NCBI GenBank assembly: GCA_037142195.1
Contig: JBAXBA010000008.1
Location: 1 to 64,000, forward strand
Origin: Pseudomonadota bacterium
GTDB taxonomy: Bacteria; Bdellovibrionota_B; Oligoflexia; Oligoflexales; CAIMVM01
Length of the DNA stretch: 64,000 nucleotides
Reading direction: 5' to 3'
Part shown: in pieces, positions 9,277 through 18,854 of the stretch
Numbering within the stretch: position 1 is the first letter of the stretch
Layout: every line of letters starts with the position of its first letter
The notes under the pieces: generated by a model
The model's database searches: none
Told to the model about the DNA's origin: nothing
What the model saw: the letters and a program-made list of their open reading frames with translations, nothing else
Translations under genes and position numbers: made by a program

Positions 9277-11741
9277 CAAATTGTGTAATCTAGGGGGTGT
9301 CGTAGTAAGTCCTTTCTAAGGTCCGCTGCTAGATCACTCATCGTCCCTAAATCGGCTTGGGCTAAAGATTGCAAGTAACTTGCGACTCTAAATATAATTG
9401 CAGAAATATCTCCCGCTCCAAAATATTCGGAAGTGCACTGCAATACCAAAGTATTCCAATCTGTTCCTCGGATCCATTCCCGAATGATATATCCTGCAGA
9501 TGGATTAAACTCGCGAATGGCAGGGTAGGGTCGTCTTGGGTGAGCTGGGTCATAGACGTCTGGAAATAAATCCATGGGGTAAAGCTCTTCAAGGCTCTTT
9601 TCGACTTTTTTAGCGTCCTTCGGGTAACGATAATTTCTAGGTACAGGTATTTCCTTAAACCTCGCAAGGCACATGCCCGCGGCTAATTCTGCAAATTCTG
9701 CGAGATTATTTTCCGTAAATTCCCCATCCACTAAACACCTGGTGAGATAAAGACCGCCATTGTGAGGGAAAAAACGAGCGATATTTCCAAAAGGAGTCAG
9801 CTTTTCTTCACCATCAAGTGCACCTATGCGATGCAGATGCAAATGCAAGCTGGCTAAGTCCGAAGTCATTCTAGCTTTGAGATAGCTGTGGCACGAGGGT
9901 TTTAAACTGCAGTCGTCACAAGGAGAGGGTAATTTAAACTGCCATTCCGCAATGGCGTGCATGGGAGAGGAGCACGGGGTTGGAACCCCAAGCTTTTTGA
10001 CGAGGATATCTTTAGTGACTAGGGATAAATCCACGCTGGAATCGCCGAATCTTAAAAAACTCTTTCGGTAAAATGCCTCAATCCCTTTTATGGAGTATCC
10101 TCGACCGATGAGGCCTAAAAACGTCGCAGGGTCATTTTTAAGTCTCGACTCAATTCTCTCGCGTTTGGGCTGGCCCAATTTTCGGTAACTCATCACATCT
10201 GGCCATAAGGAATAGCCCACTGCATCTTTTCCCCGACGCCCAGCTCTTCCGAGCATCTGAAGGACTTCTGAAGACGCGTAGGACGTAAAACCAGCTTCGC
10301 CCGGTCGATCAAAATCTGAAATTAAGGCTGAGCGTACAGAAAAATTGATTCCAAGGGAAAGGCCCATGGTCGCCGTGCAGTATCTCAGAAGGCCTTCTTT
10401 GACCAGGCCTTCAACAGCAACTCTCACCGGGGGTTGAAGCCCCGAGTGGTGATAGGCAACCCCATAACTTTGAATCATCTTTCTCAGGGTTTGATCCATG
10501 TAGTTTAGGGATTTATAATCCTCTTGGAACTTTTGGAGCTTTAGGGCGATTTTTTGGGCATGGTCTGCTTCTAAAAAGCCGCTTTCATCGCAGATTTTTT
10601 TCGCCATTTCTTCGCAAGCCAGTCGCCTTCCCGCATAAACCATACAAGGGATTAACTCCAAGGTAACCAACTCTTTGAGACGTTCGGCAATCTTTTCTTG
10701 CTTGAGTGGCTTCGCGTTTTTAGGTGGGGGTCCTGAGGAGATTACCTCTGAAGGGAGCTCAGATGCTAGTATCCAATGACCGCCGTACCAAACAAGGTCA
10801 GTTAAAGGAACGGGGCGATGCTCCACTTGAATGAGTTTTGTGGGGCGGTCTTGTAACTTTCCTATCCAGGCGCCAAACTCATTTGCATTTGAAAGTGAAG
10901 CCGATAGTAAGAGAACTTGGCAGTTTTGTGGTGTCAAGATAATCGCCTCTTCCCAGGCGCTGCCGCGACTTGAGTCGCTTATATAATGATACTCATCAAA
11001 TATGACGAGACTTCTTCCTAAATCGGGTTCAATGCCAAGAAGAGAATTTCGGTATGATTCCAACGTCGCGACGACAATGGGGGCATCTAAATTGTCTTTT
11101 ACGTCACCCGTAGAAATGCCCACATTGGATTCGCCAAAAATCGCCCTAAATTCCCTCAGTTTGTCATTAGACAACGACTTTACAGGACACGTATAGCAAG
11201 CTCTAAAATTCCCGCTTGCGATATTGTAAGCAAAAAAAGCTTCGACGACACGCGTTTTTCCTGCAGTAGTAGGCGCATCGACGACGACGTTGCCGCCCTC
11301 CAAAAGGATATCGACAGCTTCCCGTTGCCAGTTGTCAAGTTCATCAAAGGGGTTTTTAGGGGGGACGTAAGGCGTTGCCGCAATTTCCAAGGCCTTCCCT
11401 TTCCAATCCTGCAAAGCGCGGTGTGTGGCGGAAACAGCAGCCTTCATAAATGAGGAGTCGTGGCTATGTTGCTCTAATTCAGGATCTGCTTGCTCTTTGC
11501 CGGCAGATCTTGGATAGGATTTTTGTCTCTGAAAAGTGTTTTTATTTTCAGATTTAGATTTTTCCCGATCTTGCTGCTCAACTCTTGGCGACTTGCGAGA
11601 AGGTAGGGGCTCATCATTAGGAGACTTTCTTTGAGATTTGGAATGCCCAGAGGGGGTGGGGTGATGACCAATCATCGAGGATTTCTTTCCGCTGGGCGCC
11701 GCTGCTCTATCTTTTTTTGATCCCCGATGCCCATTCGCCAT
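9276..11741 (-). CDS. Ski2/HelY-like DExH-box helicase
   Basis: Motif I APTTAGKT, Ia PVKSLSND, II DEYH, III SAS, VI QMLGRAGRRG; C-terminal GDISAIIFRV resembling DSHCT. Confidence 0.88.
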   Translation of the reverse strand: MANGHRGSKKDRAAAPSGKKSSMIGHHPTPSGHSKSQRKSPNDEPLPSRKSPRVEQQDREKSKSENKNTFQRQKSYPRSAGKEQADPELEQHSHDSSFMKAAVSATHRALQDWKGKALEIAATPYVPPKNPFDELDNWQREAVDILLEGGNVVVDAPTTAGKTRVVEAFFAYNIASGNFRACYTCPVKSLSNDKLREFRAIFGESNVGISTGDVKDNLDAPIVVATLESYRNSLLGIEPDLGRSLVIFDEYHYISDSSRGSAWEEAIILTPQNCQVLLLSASLSNANEFGAWIGKLQDRPTKLIQVEHRPVPLTDLVWYGGHWILASELPSEVISSGPPPKNAKPLKQEKIAERLKELVTLELIPCMVYAGRRLACEEMAKKICDESGFLEADHAQKIALKLQKFQEDYKSLNYMDQTLRKMIQSYGVAYHHSGLQPPVRVAVEGLVKEGLLRYCTATMGLSLGINFSVRSALISDFDRPGEAGFTSYASSEVLQMLGRAGRRGKDAVGYSLWPDVMSYRKLGQPKRERIESRLKNDPATFLGLIGRGYSIKGIEAFYRKSFLRFGDSSVDLSLVTKDILVKKLGVPTPCSSPMHAIAEWQFKLPSPCDDCSLKPSCHSYLKARMTSDLASLHLHLHRIGALDGEEKLTPFGNIARFFPHNGGLYLTRCLVDGEFTENNLAEFAELAAGMCLARFKEIPVPRNYRYPKDAKKVEKSLEELYPMDLFPDVYDPAHPRRPYPAIREFNPSAGYIIREWIRGTDWNTLVLQCTSEYFGAGDISAIIFRVASYLQSLAQADLGTMSDLAADLRKDLLRHPLDYTI

Positions 11742-12074
11742 AATTGCTCCCACTGCAAATCAAAATTATATCCATCCTTGGAAGTCTTGAGGATATTACT
11801 AGCTCCCAACTCCATTCCTAAGTTCATTGCTGCCAAGAAAATAGAAGTTTCTACTCAAAGATGATGGATCCTCTCAGGATAGCGTTTTTTTTCCCATCCG
11901 TCTGGATCTTTCTAAAGAGTTTACTCGAATTTTTCATGTTTTTGGCCTAGGATTGGTTTTTATCGGATGACATGCCTGGATCGTAAGAGTCCCTTGCGGG
12001 TATTGGGACTCATATCTGGGTCCTTACTTGTTTTTGAAGTGATCTTGCCTTGTCGGCTAACAGGAGATTTTTAG

Positions 12075-12419
12075 ATGGTTGTTGAATGCCCCAAATGTCA
12101 TTCCACGCTGGGATACGAAGATGGCGAATTTATGATTTGTCCGGAATGTTCCCACGAGTGGCCTAAATTAGCAGCAGGTTCGGCGGTCCCTGATTCAGAA
12201 GATTCCTTCGTCGTTAAAGATGCCTATGGAGCCGTTTTGAATCCGGGTGATTCTATTACAGTTATTAAAGACCTTAAAGTTAAAGGCTCTTCATTGGTCG
12301 TTAAAGTTGGCACCAAAGCTAAAAATATAAAACTGATCCAAGGGGATCATAATATTGATTGTAAGCTTGACGGCATTGGGCAAATGCAGCTCAAATCGGA
12401 ATTTGTTAAAAAAGCTTAA
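12075..12419 (+). CDS. yjdM: YjdM/PhnA-like zinc-ribbon protein
   Basis: [45 protein letters not shown]. Confidence 0.9.
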   Translation: MVVECPKCHSTLGYEDGEFMICPECSHEWPKLAAGSAVPDSEDSFVVKDAYGAVLNPGDSITVIKDLKVKGSSLVVKVGTKAKNIKLIQGDHNIDCKLDGIGQMQLKSEFVKKA

Positions 12420-12438
12420 ACGGGCCCAAGTGGTTTCT

Positions 12439-13695
12439 CTATCTACGGATATTCGAGAAGTTTGTTAGGTTTTTAGCCATACGGGTTAGCATAACTGTCG
12501 TAATAATGGCAGAAACGGCCACCACATATCCAACCCTATCAAAGCCTTTGATGGAACCGTCAGCTTGAATCGTGACGATTAAACCGGAAAAAGCGGCCCC
12601 GATACCGCCAGATATTTGCTGCATAGATGAGCTTATAGCCATGTAAGCCCCCCTGGAATCAGGGGCTGGAACTGCGGAATTTATGGCTTGAGAAGCGATA
12701 ATCCGCGCCGTGATTCCCACAAATAACAGTCCATTAGTAACCATCAAGACATAAATGGGCACTTTGGAAAGATGGGTGAACACCAGTACCATCGTAATTG
12801 TGATGACCGTGCCTATCTGATTCAATTTGATTTTACCAATTTTGTCTGACCACTTTCCTAAAAGTGGACCTGAAATCATCGCCGCAGTTCCGGTAGCTAA
12901 ATAAACAAGTGGCAAACGTTCTAGACTGATTCCGACGTTATTGACAATAAAAGCACTTGAAAATGGCATGATCATGTAGCCCCCGAGGGCCAACAGGGCT
13001 ACCGCAGAAAATCCTTTCAAGTGAACCGGATTGCGTATGGTCGCTAAAAGGTGGTGAAATGCATTGTTGTCTTTTTGCAATTTCAAATGCTCATCGATGG
13101 GCTTAAGATATAAAAAAATGAAAATTCCTACTAGAGCCGCAATTCCTACAATCAAAACAAAGGGAGCATGCCAGCCAAAATGATTGGCTAAGGTAAGACC
13201 TAAAGGAACGCCAAAAACTTGACTAGAAGCAAAGGCTGTTTGAACATAACCAATCACCTGGCCGCGTTTTTGAACGGGAAATAAATCCGTGCTAATGGAC
13301 AGTACTACGGAGCTGATCACTCCACCAAATATTCCTGTTAGAATCCTAGCCGTAACGAGATAGGCATAGCTTGTGGAAAGTGCGCAAAATAATGTACTTA
13401 AAGTAAAGCCGATGTAAAAAAAGAGAAGTATCTTTTTTCTATCAAACTTATCGGTAAAGCCTGCAGCTAAAATGCCAGAAGCCGCCGCGGCGAATGCGTA
13501 GGAGGACACCACGAGACCAAATTGAGAGGTGTCTATATGAAGAGCCGGCATTAAAATGGCGCCGACCGGAGATAAAACCATAAAATCTAATACCACAGTA
13601 AATTGCAAAAATATCAAAATTGCAATGACGCCTTTTTGATAGGGAGTGAGTACAATTTCATCCTGTGAAGGAGGTATAGCATCGGCGCGAGTCAT
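12439..13695 (-). CDS. MFS transporter (DHA1-like)
   Basis: About 12 TM segments; motif A GFTDKFDRKK; ARILTG; AAGGA RBS before MTRAD. Confidence 0.9.
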   Translation of the reverse strand: MTRADAIPPSQDEIVLTPYQKGVIAILIFLQFTVVLDFMVLSPVGAILMPALHIDTSQFGLVVSSYAFAAAASGILAAGFTDKFDRKKILLFFYIGFTLSTLFCALSTSYAYLVTARILTGIFGGVISSVVLSISTDLFPVQKRGQVIGYVQTAFASSQVFGVPLGLTLANHFGWHAPFVLIVGIAALVGIFIFLYLKPIDEHLKLQKDNNAFHHLLATIRNPVHLKGFSAVALLALGGYMIMPFSSAFIVNNVGISLERLPLVYLATGTAAMISGPLLGKWSDKIGKIKLNQIGTVITITMVLVFTHLSKVPIYVLMVTNGLLFVGITARIIASQAINSAVPAPDSRGAYMAISSSMQQISGGIGAAFSGLIVTIQADGSIKGFDRVGYVVAVSAIITTVMLTRMAKNLTNFSNIRR

Positions 13696-13799
13696 AAATA
13701 TCCTTAATTGCAGATGCCTTGAATTATACAATATTTCCAATAAAAAATGGATTTAAAATAGATTTGCTACCAAATGAGCATTGCAGACTAAGATCAAAC

Positions 13800-13831
13800 A
13801 CACAATGCAGAGGAAAACCTCTGCATTGTGT
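13800..13831 (-). terminator. Hairpin terminator after glutamine synthetase
   Basis: Perfect 14-bp stem ACACAATGCAGAGG-AAAA-CCTCTGCATTGTGT. Confidence 0.75.
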
Positions 13832-13854
13832 TCAAAAAAAAACAGTAAGATCGA

Positions 13855-16062
13855 TTAGCTGATGTGCAGGAGCTCACGATACTTGGGGAGAGGCCAAAGA
13901 GCATCATCAATGCACTCTTCAAGTTCACTTGCTAGAGCTCTCGCTTGAGCCATAGCTGGAACGGCCTTGTCTGCAAGGAATGTAGCAGCCTTGGACTCAT
14001 CGTGGGTGCCTTTAGCGACTTCCATAACTTTGCCTAAAGCCGAAATCTCAACCAAGAGTCTATCTGTCTTTGAAACCAATGTTTTATAGGATTCCAGTTG
14101 AACAGAGGGATAGCTTCCCGTGATTTCTTTTGCAGACTTAAGGGCAGTGGAAAGTAGAATTTGCTGTTCGATTGCTGCTGGGTAAACTTGACTTAATAGA
14201 AGCTCATTCATGGTTTCGAGCTCAATGAGACGAATCTTATTATAGCGCTCAATAAACACGTTGTAGCGTGCTTCTGTTTCGCCTTCAGTCATAACCTTAT
14301 GATCAGCAAACATTTTCATGACACTTGGCTTTAAAAGTGCGGCTAAGGCAGCGGGGGTTGTTCGGTTATGGGCGAGGCCCCTCTTTTCTGCTTCTTGATG
14401 CCATTCTTTAGAATATCCGTCCCCGTCAAATTGAATGGCTTTCGAGCTTTTAAAGGTCTCGGCAATTACGGCAAGAACCGTTTTGTGATCCGGCTTTGCA
14501 GAAAGCGAGCGAAGTCGTTCATTCATTTGGCGAAGGGATTCGGCTACGGCGGTATTTAGAAAATAGGTCGGATCGCTTACGGATTGGCTGGCGCCGCAAG
14601 CCCTGAACTCAAACTTATTTCCAGTAAAGGCGAACGGCGAGGTGCGGTTACGGTCTGTATTGTCTTTGGCGATTTCAGGCACTTTTGCCAAGTCCATATC
14701 GATCGTTTTTGCTCGATCAGATAGATTTCCCGTCGAATTAGAGGCAATTTTTTCGACTACTTCAGAAAGCGCGTCGCCTAAAAATGCGGAAATGATAGCA
14801 GGGGGGGCTTCATTGGCACCCATGCGGAACTCATTTCCAGCAGGTGCTACGGAAGCTCTTAATAGTTCTGCATTATCATGGACTGCTTTTAGAGTTGCGG
14901 CTAAAAAGTACAGAAATCGGATGTTTTCGTGAGGTTTGTCACCTGGATTTAAAAGGTTGACGCCTTCAGCTGTAGCAAGCGACCAATTGACGTGCTTTCC
15001 TGAGCCGTTGACACCATCAAAAGGCTTTTCATGGAAAAGAGCTTGGAGCCGGTGTCTTTTCGCTACATTTTTAATCACTTCCATCACGATTTGATTGTGA
15101 TCTGAGGCTAGGTTTGCAAATTCAAAAATGGGAGCACATTCGTATTGTGCAGGAGCAACTTCATTATGTCTGGTCTTGAGGGGGACCCCCAACTTATAAC
15201 ATTCGTGCTCAACTTCCATCATGAAATTAAGGATTCTAGGTTTGATGGAGCCAAAATAATGGTCTTCAAGCTGCTGTCCTTTGGGGGGATGAGCGCCAAT
15301 AAGGGCTCGACCGCATTGGACGAGGTCTGGGCGCAGGGCCCAAAGGGATTCGTCCACGAGAAAATATTCTTGCTCAGGTCCACACGTGACCGTTACATAG
15401 TCCGTTTTATCACCAATTAACTTTAAAGCATCTTTCGCCTGCTCATTGAGCGCATGAATGGAGCGCAAAAGGGGAGTTTTCTTATCAAGGGCTTCACCGG
15501 AGTAACTCACAAAAAGCGATGGAATGCATAAGGTAACTCCATTGGTTGTTTCTACAAGAAACATGGGAGAGGAAGCGTCCCAAATGGTATAGCCGCGAGC
15601 TTCGAAGGTCGCTCTTCGTCCACCACTTGGAAATGAAGAGGCGTCCGGCTCTTGCTGAATGAGAAGTTTTCCGTTGAAAATTTCAATCGCGGAACCATCT
15701 TTATCAAAAGAAAAGAAGGAGTCATGTTTTTCGGCTGTAGAACCTGTTTGAGGCTGAAACCAATGGGTAAAGTGAGATGCTCCGCGGCTTATAGCCCACT
15801 CTTTAACAGCCAAGGCGACTTTATTGGCGGTTTCTAAAGTAAGTTTAGAACCTGATACGGCGTACTCTTGCAAAAGTTTTACGTCTTCCGTAGGAAGGGC
15901 TTTTTTCATTTGCTGAAAGCCGAACACATTGCAGCCAAAGTATTCTGATACTCGAGTTGCGACTCCATTTCCGTCCATGGGGCGGGTAAAGGTTCTGATC
16001 CCTCTTTCATTTGCTGAGGAAAGAGCTCTAAAACGCGGTTCTGCACGACCTGAAACTGACAT
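13855..16062 (-). CDS. glnN: Glutamine synthetase type III
   Basis: 735 aa; THWFQP, AEKHDSF, EPDASSFPSGG, HNEVAPAQYE, HEKPFDGVNGSGKH, DRNRTSPFAFTGNKFEFR, WPLPKYRELL. Confidence 0.95.
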   Translation of the reverse strand: MSVSGRAEPRFRALSSANERGIRTFTRPMDGNGVATRVSEYFGCNVFGFQQMKKALPTEDVKLLQEYAVSGSKLTLETANKVALAVKEWAISRGASHFTHWFQPQTGSTAEKHDSFFSFDKDGSAIEIFNGKLLIQQEPDASSFPSGGRRATFEARGYTIWDASSPMFLVETTNGVTLCIPSLFVSYSGEALDKKTPLLRSIHALNEQAKDALKLIGDKTDYVTVTCGPEQEYFLVDESLWALRPDLVQCGRALIGAHPPKGQQLEDHYFGSIKPRILNFMMEVEHECYKLGVPLKTRHNEVAPAQYECAPIFEFANLASDHNQIVMEVIKNVAKRHRLQALFHEKPFDGVNGSGKHVNWSLATAEGVNLLNPGDKPHENIRFLYFLAATLKAVHDNAELLRASVAPAGNEFRMGANEAPPAIISAFLGDALSEVVEKIASNSTGNLSDRAKTIDMDLAKVPEIAKDNTDRNRTSPFAFTGNKFEFRACGASQSVSDPTYFLNTAVAESLRQMNERLRSLSAKPDHKTVLAVIAETFKSSKAIQFDGDGYSKEWHQEAEKRGLAHNRTTPAALAALLKPSVMKMFADHKVMTEGETEARYNVFIERYNKIRLIELETMNELLLSQVYPAAIEQQILLSTALKSAKEITGSYPSVQLESYKTLVSKTDRLLVEISALGKVMEVAKGTHDESKAATFLADKAVPAMAQARALASELEECIDDALWPLPKYRELLHIS

Positions 16063-16239
16063 CTTTTTCTCCTAATCTGGTATTAAAGTTGGGAACACCA
16101 GTGATTACAAAAATAAGCCCATGTCCCGGCCTAGTTGATGAGCTTAAAAGCTTGAAACCAGAACGGAACTTACGACCTATGATGACCACACAGCTTTATA
16201 TCCAAGTATTGTTTTTGCTGCAAGTTCAAACTGTTAAGT

Positions 16240-16890
16240 CTAACTTGGAGGGGCGAACTTCATACATGACAAGGCATTCAAGGCGTGAACGATTCGGTAG
16301 CGGCAGAGCTCCAGGGGCCCTGCGGTACTGATTACTAAATCCGCATGCTTTTGCTTTTCCGCATCAGAAAGCTGAGCATTTAGGCTCAGCTTAGCCCTCT
16401 GATCGTTCATGCCGTCTCTCAATTTGATGCGTTGGTACCTCATGAATGTCGGACAGACTATCAGCCAAGTGGCTAGGAATTGATTTTGGCGATGAGCCTC
16501 TATAATTACAGGCGCTTCATAGAACCAAAACCGAGGTTGATGGAGGATGCCTGTTTCTTCGAGCGCTCGAGCCAGTTCTGCTACGATCAATGGCTGGGTT
16601 ATGGACTCGAGGCGTTTTTTTTTCTCCCCGTCAGCAAACGTTAAGTCCTTAAGTTTTTTGCGATCAATCTCCCTGTTTTCATCCAAAATGCCGGGACCAA
16701 AAGCTTCTATGATTTTCTGGTAGCCCCGATGGCTTTTGACAAAAATAAGGCGTGACAATTGATCGGCTTGAACTACTGTATAGCCAAGCTCTTCGAGGAG
16801 TTGAATCAATGTTGACTTGCCAGCCCCGATTCCACCAGTTATGGCAACTCCCCAATGTTTGCAAGCGTGTTCAGCGGTTAAAAATTCCAT
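16240..16890 (-). CDS. coaE: Dephospho-CoA kinase
   Basis: AITGGIGAGKST, ADQLSR, IDRKKL, LESITQP, RIKLRDG. Confidence 0.9.
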   Translation of the reverse strand: MEFLTAEHACKHWGVAITGGIGAGKSTLIQLLEELGYTVVQADQLSRLIFVKSHRGYQKIIEAFGPGILDENREIDRKKLKDLTFADGEKKKRLESITQPLIVAELARALEETGILHQPRFWFYEAPVIIEAHRQNQFLATWLIVCPTFMRYQRIKLRDGMNDQRAKLSLNAQLSDAEKQKHADLVISTAGPLELCRYRIVHALNALSCMKFAPPS

Positions 16891-18854
16891 GAGACCCCTA
16901 ACGAGAGACCTTTTTCATAGGGAAGAATCTGCCAGTAATGGGTGCTTTCCACATCTTTCAGAGAAGCGATATTTTCCGTTTGATTCATGGGTTCCAATGC
17001 TGCCGAAGTTGCGGGGCCGTATACAAGACTTTCTGCGAAGCTAAGCACCCACAAAGCCCCAAATCCCCCTAATCCAATGTAGCTTTTGAGTCGGGCATCA
17101 TCCACAAATTTCTTGACGGTTGCTCGGTAAGCTTCTGTATCGGCCTGATAGGCTTCTGGGTTGGTTTGACCTGCTCCGTCAGCTTCCCGTCTTGTAATCT
17201 CAGCTTGTCCACTCTTCGCTGCGTTATCAGCGTCGGAATTAGATTTATACCACATATAAAGTGCGCCGCCTTGACCAGCAGCAAATAGGGTGCCTAGAAG
17301 AGGCTTGTTTCCTGCAAATTGCGGGACACCGAAGGGAAGCAAGGAGAGGCCAAAGGGAATCTCTTTCTTCACTTTCTTCTTCTTTTTGGGTGATGATGAA
17401 TCGAAAGTTCTCTTATAGCTGGAGGGACTCGAAGGCGAATCTGAAAATGGATTGGGCGCTGGCTCTATGGCGGGAGACGGGGGGGCAGCATAGGGATCGT
17501 AGGCTGCAGCTGGCGCAGCACCTGCCCCCGAATAGATGGGAACCACTGTGACAATGGGAGTGCTTGGATAGCTTGAAGGAGGCGGATACTGCTGGCCACC
17601 AAGAGGAGGATAGCCGTTCATGTAGGGCGATGGTCCATAGGGTTGGGAATACGGTTGCGGGTACTGCTGAGGATATGTCGTCGGAAACTGCTGAGCATAG
17701 GGTTGTGGTGCATACTGTTGAGGGTAGGGCTGAGGATATTGTTGCTGTATAAAAGGCTGTTGCATTTGAGGGGAAGGAGAAGCATTTTGAGAGCCCCCGG
17801 GAGATCCATTAGGACTTCTCGCGGCGCTTGCCTGGTTTCGCGACGACGGAAATTGTGACGAAGGATTCATCTGTCTCACCGGAAGAGTCCCTACGGGTTG
17901 GTAGGAGGTCCCGAGGTTGTCCCGAGCCCCTTGAGCGAGAGGTGGATCCTCGCCCAAAATGTCAACTTTTCGGCCGTTCTGCTTGGGCTGTTGCTTGCCT
18001 TTAGAAGTCGAAGACAAGTTGTTTTTCGGCATTTTGCTTTGAGACATATGAGCTTTTGGTCGTGGACTTGGTGCTGCCGCTTTAGGTGGATTGACAGGAC
18101 GCAAATTTACCGAAGCTTTAGCGGTTGTTCCCTCGGCAACATTTAGGACACTCTTTGCCGGAAAATAGCCGACGGCCGTAACTTCAAACATAACCTTACC
18201 TGCCTTGACTTGAATCAGGTCTCGGGACGAACCTGCTAAGATTCCGTCGATGGAAACAGTTGCGGATTTTACATTGCTGAGAACTTGAATGAAAGTACCT
18301 TTTTTCTGTGGGGAAATAGATTGCCTTTGAAGTCCCCCACTATTCTGAGCTGGCGCGCCTAGGGGCTTCGCGGCCATTTGGGAAGTTCCCCTGGAGCCCG
18401 CTCTGCTTGGTGCTGGCGCCAAATGAGTGGGAATCGAAGGTGTTTGGCGCGCCTTACCAGAAGGCTTTGCGCTCGAGGAAGCTATTTGACCGGACGGCTT
18501 AATAGATTGAAAAAAACCAATAACAGAAGCGTCAAATACTTCGCCTGCGCCGATGCTTTGGGAAGGATTGTACCTCTTTGCTTCGGCGAAATATTTTCTA
18601 GCCTCATCTTTACTTCCGAGGGAGTAAGCTACGACGCCAGAAACTTTAAACGCTTCAGATTTCTGTTGTGGGCTTGTCGCTGCTTTTAGTGCCTTTGCCG
18701 ACTCCACCTTAGCGGCAAGGAGATCGCCGGATTTAAATTTTTGCCATGCCCTATCCGTGCCGGCTCCTTCTGCCATTTCCGTAAAAATCAACCCGACTAT
18801 CATTCCTAAGAGGATGATGCGTTGTTTTAAGAAATGAAAGAAAGCAACGTTCAT
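16878..18854 (-). CDS. Exported TPR + PEGA domain protein with Pro/Gln-rich linker and hydrophobic C-terminal module
   Basis: Signal peptide; TPR-like AFKVSGVVAYSLGSKDEARKYFAEA; PEGA SNVKSATVSIDG..VTAVGY; LLPFGVPQF; ends GLSLGVSWNF. Confidence 0.7.
   Translation of the reverse strand: MNVAFFHFLKQRIILLGMIVGLIFTEMAEGAGTDRAWQKFKSGDLLAAKVESAKALKAATSPQQKSEAFKVSGVVAYSLGSKDEARKYFAEAKRYNPSQSIGAGEVFDASVIGFFQSIKPSGQIASSSAKPSGKARQTPSIPTHLAPAPSRAGSRGTSQMAAKPLGAPAQNSGGLQRQSISPQKKGTFIQVLSNVKSATVSIDGILAGSSRDLIQVKAGKVMFEVTAVGYFPAKSVLNVAEGTTAKASVNLRPVNPPKAAAPSPRPKAHMSQSKMPKNNLSSTSKGKQQPKQNGRKVDILGEDPPLAQGARDNLGTSYQPVGTLPVRQMNPSSQFPSSRNQASAARSPNGSPGGSQNASPSPQMQQPFIQQQYPQPYPQQYAPQPYAQQFPTTYPQQYPQPYSQPYGPSPYMNGYPPLGGQQYPPPSSYPSTPIVTVVPIYSGAGAAPAAAYDPYAAPPSPAIEPAPNPFSDSPSSPSSYKRTFDSSSPKKKKKVKKEIPFGLSLLPFGVPQFAGNKPLLGTLFAAGQGGALYMWYKSNSDADNAAKSGQAEITRREADGAGQTNPEAYQADTEAYRATVKKFVDDARLKSYIGLGGFGALWVLSFAESLVYGPATSAALEPMNQTENIASLKDVESTHYWQILPYEKGLSLGVSWNF

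Noticed and set aside
16063..16239. Glutamine riboswitch upstream of GS III
   Set aside because: No glnA-motif consensus seen; only a sigma70-like promoter and a short hairpin before the RBS
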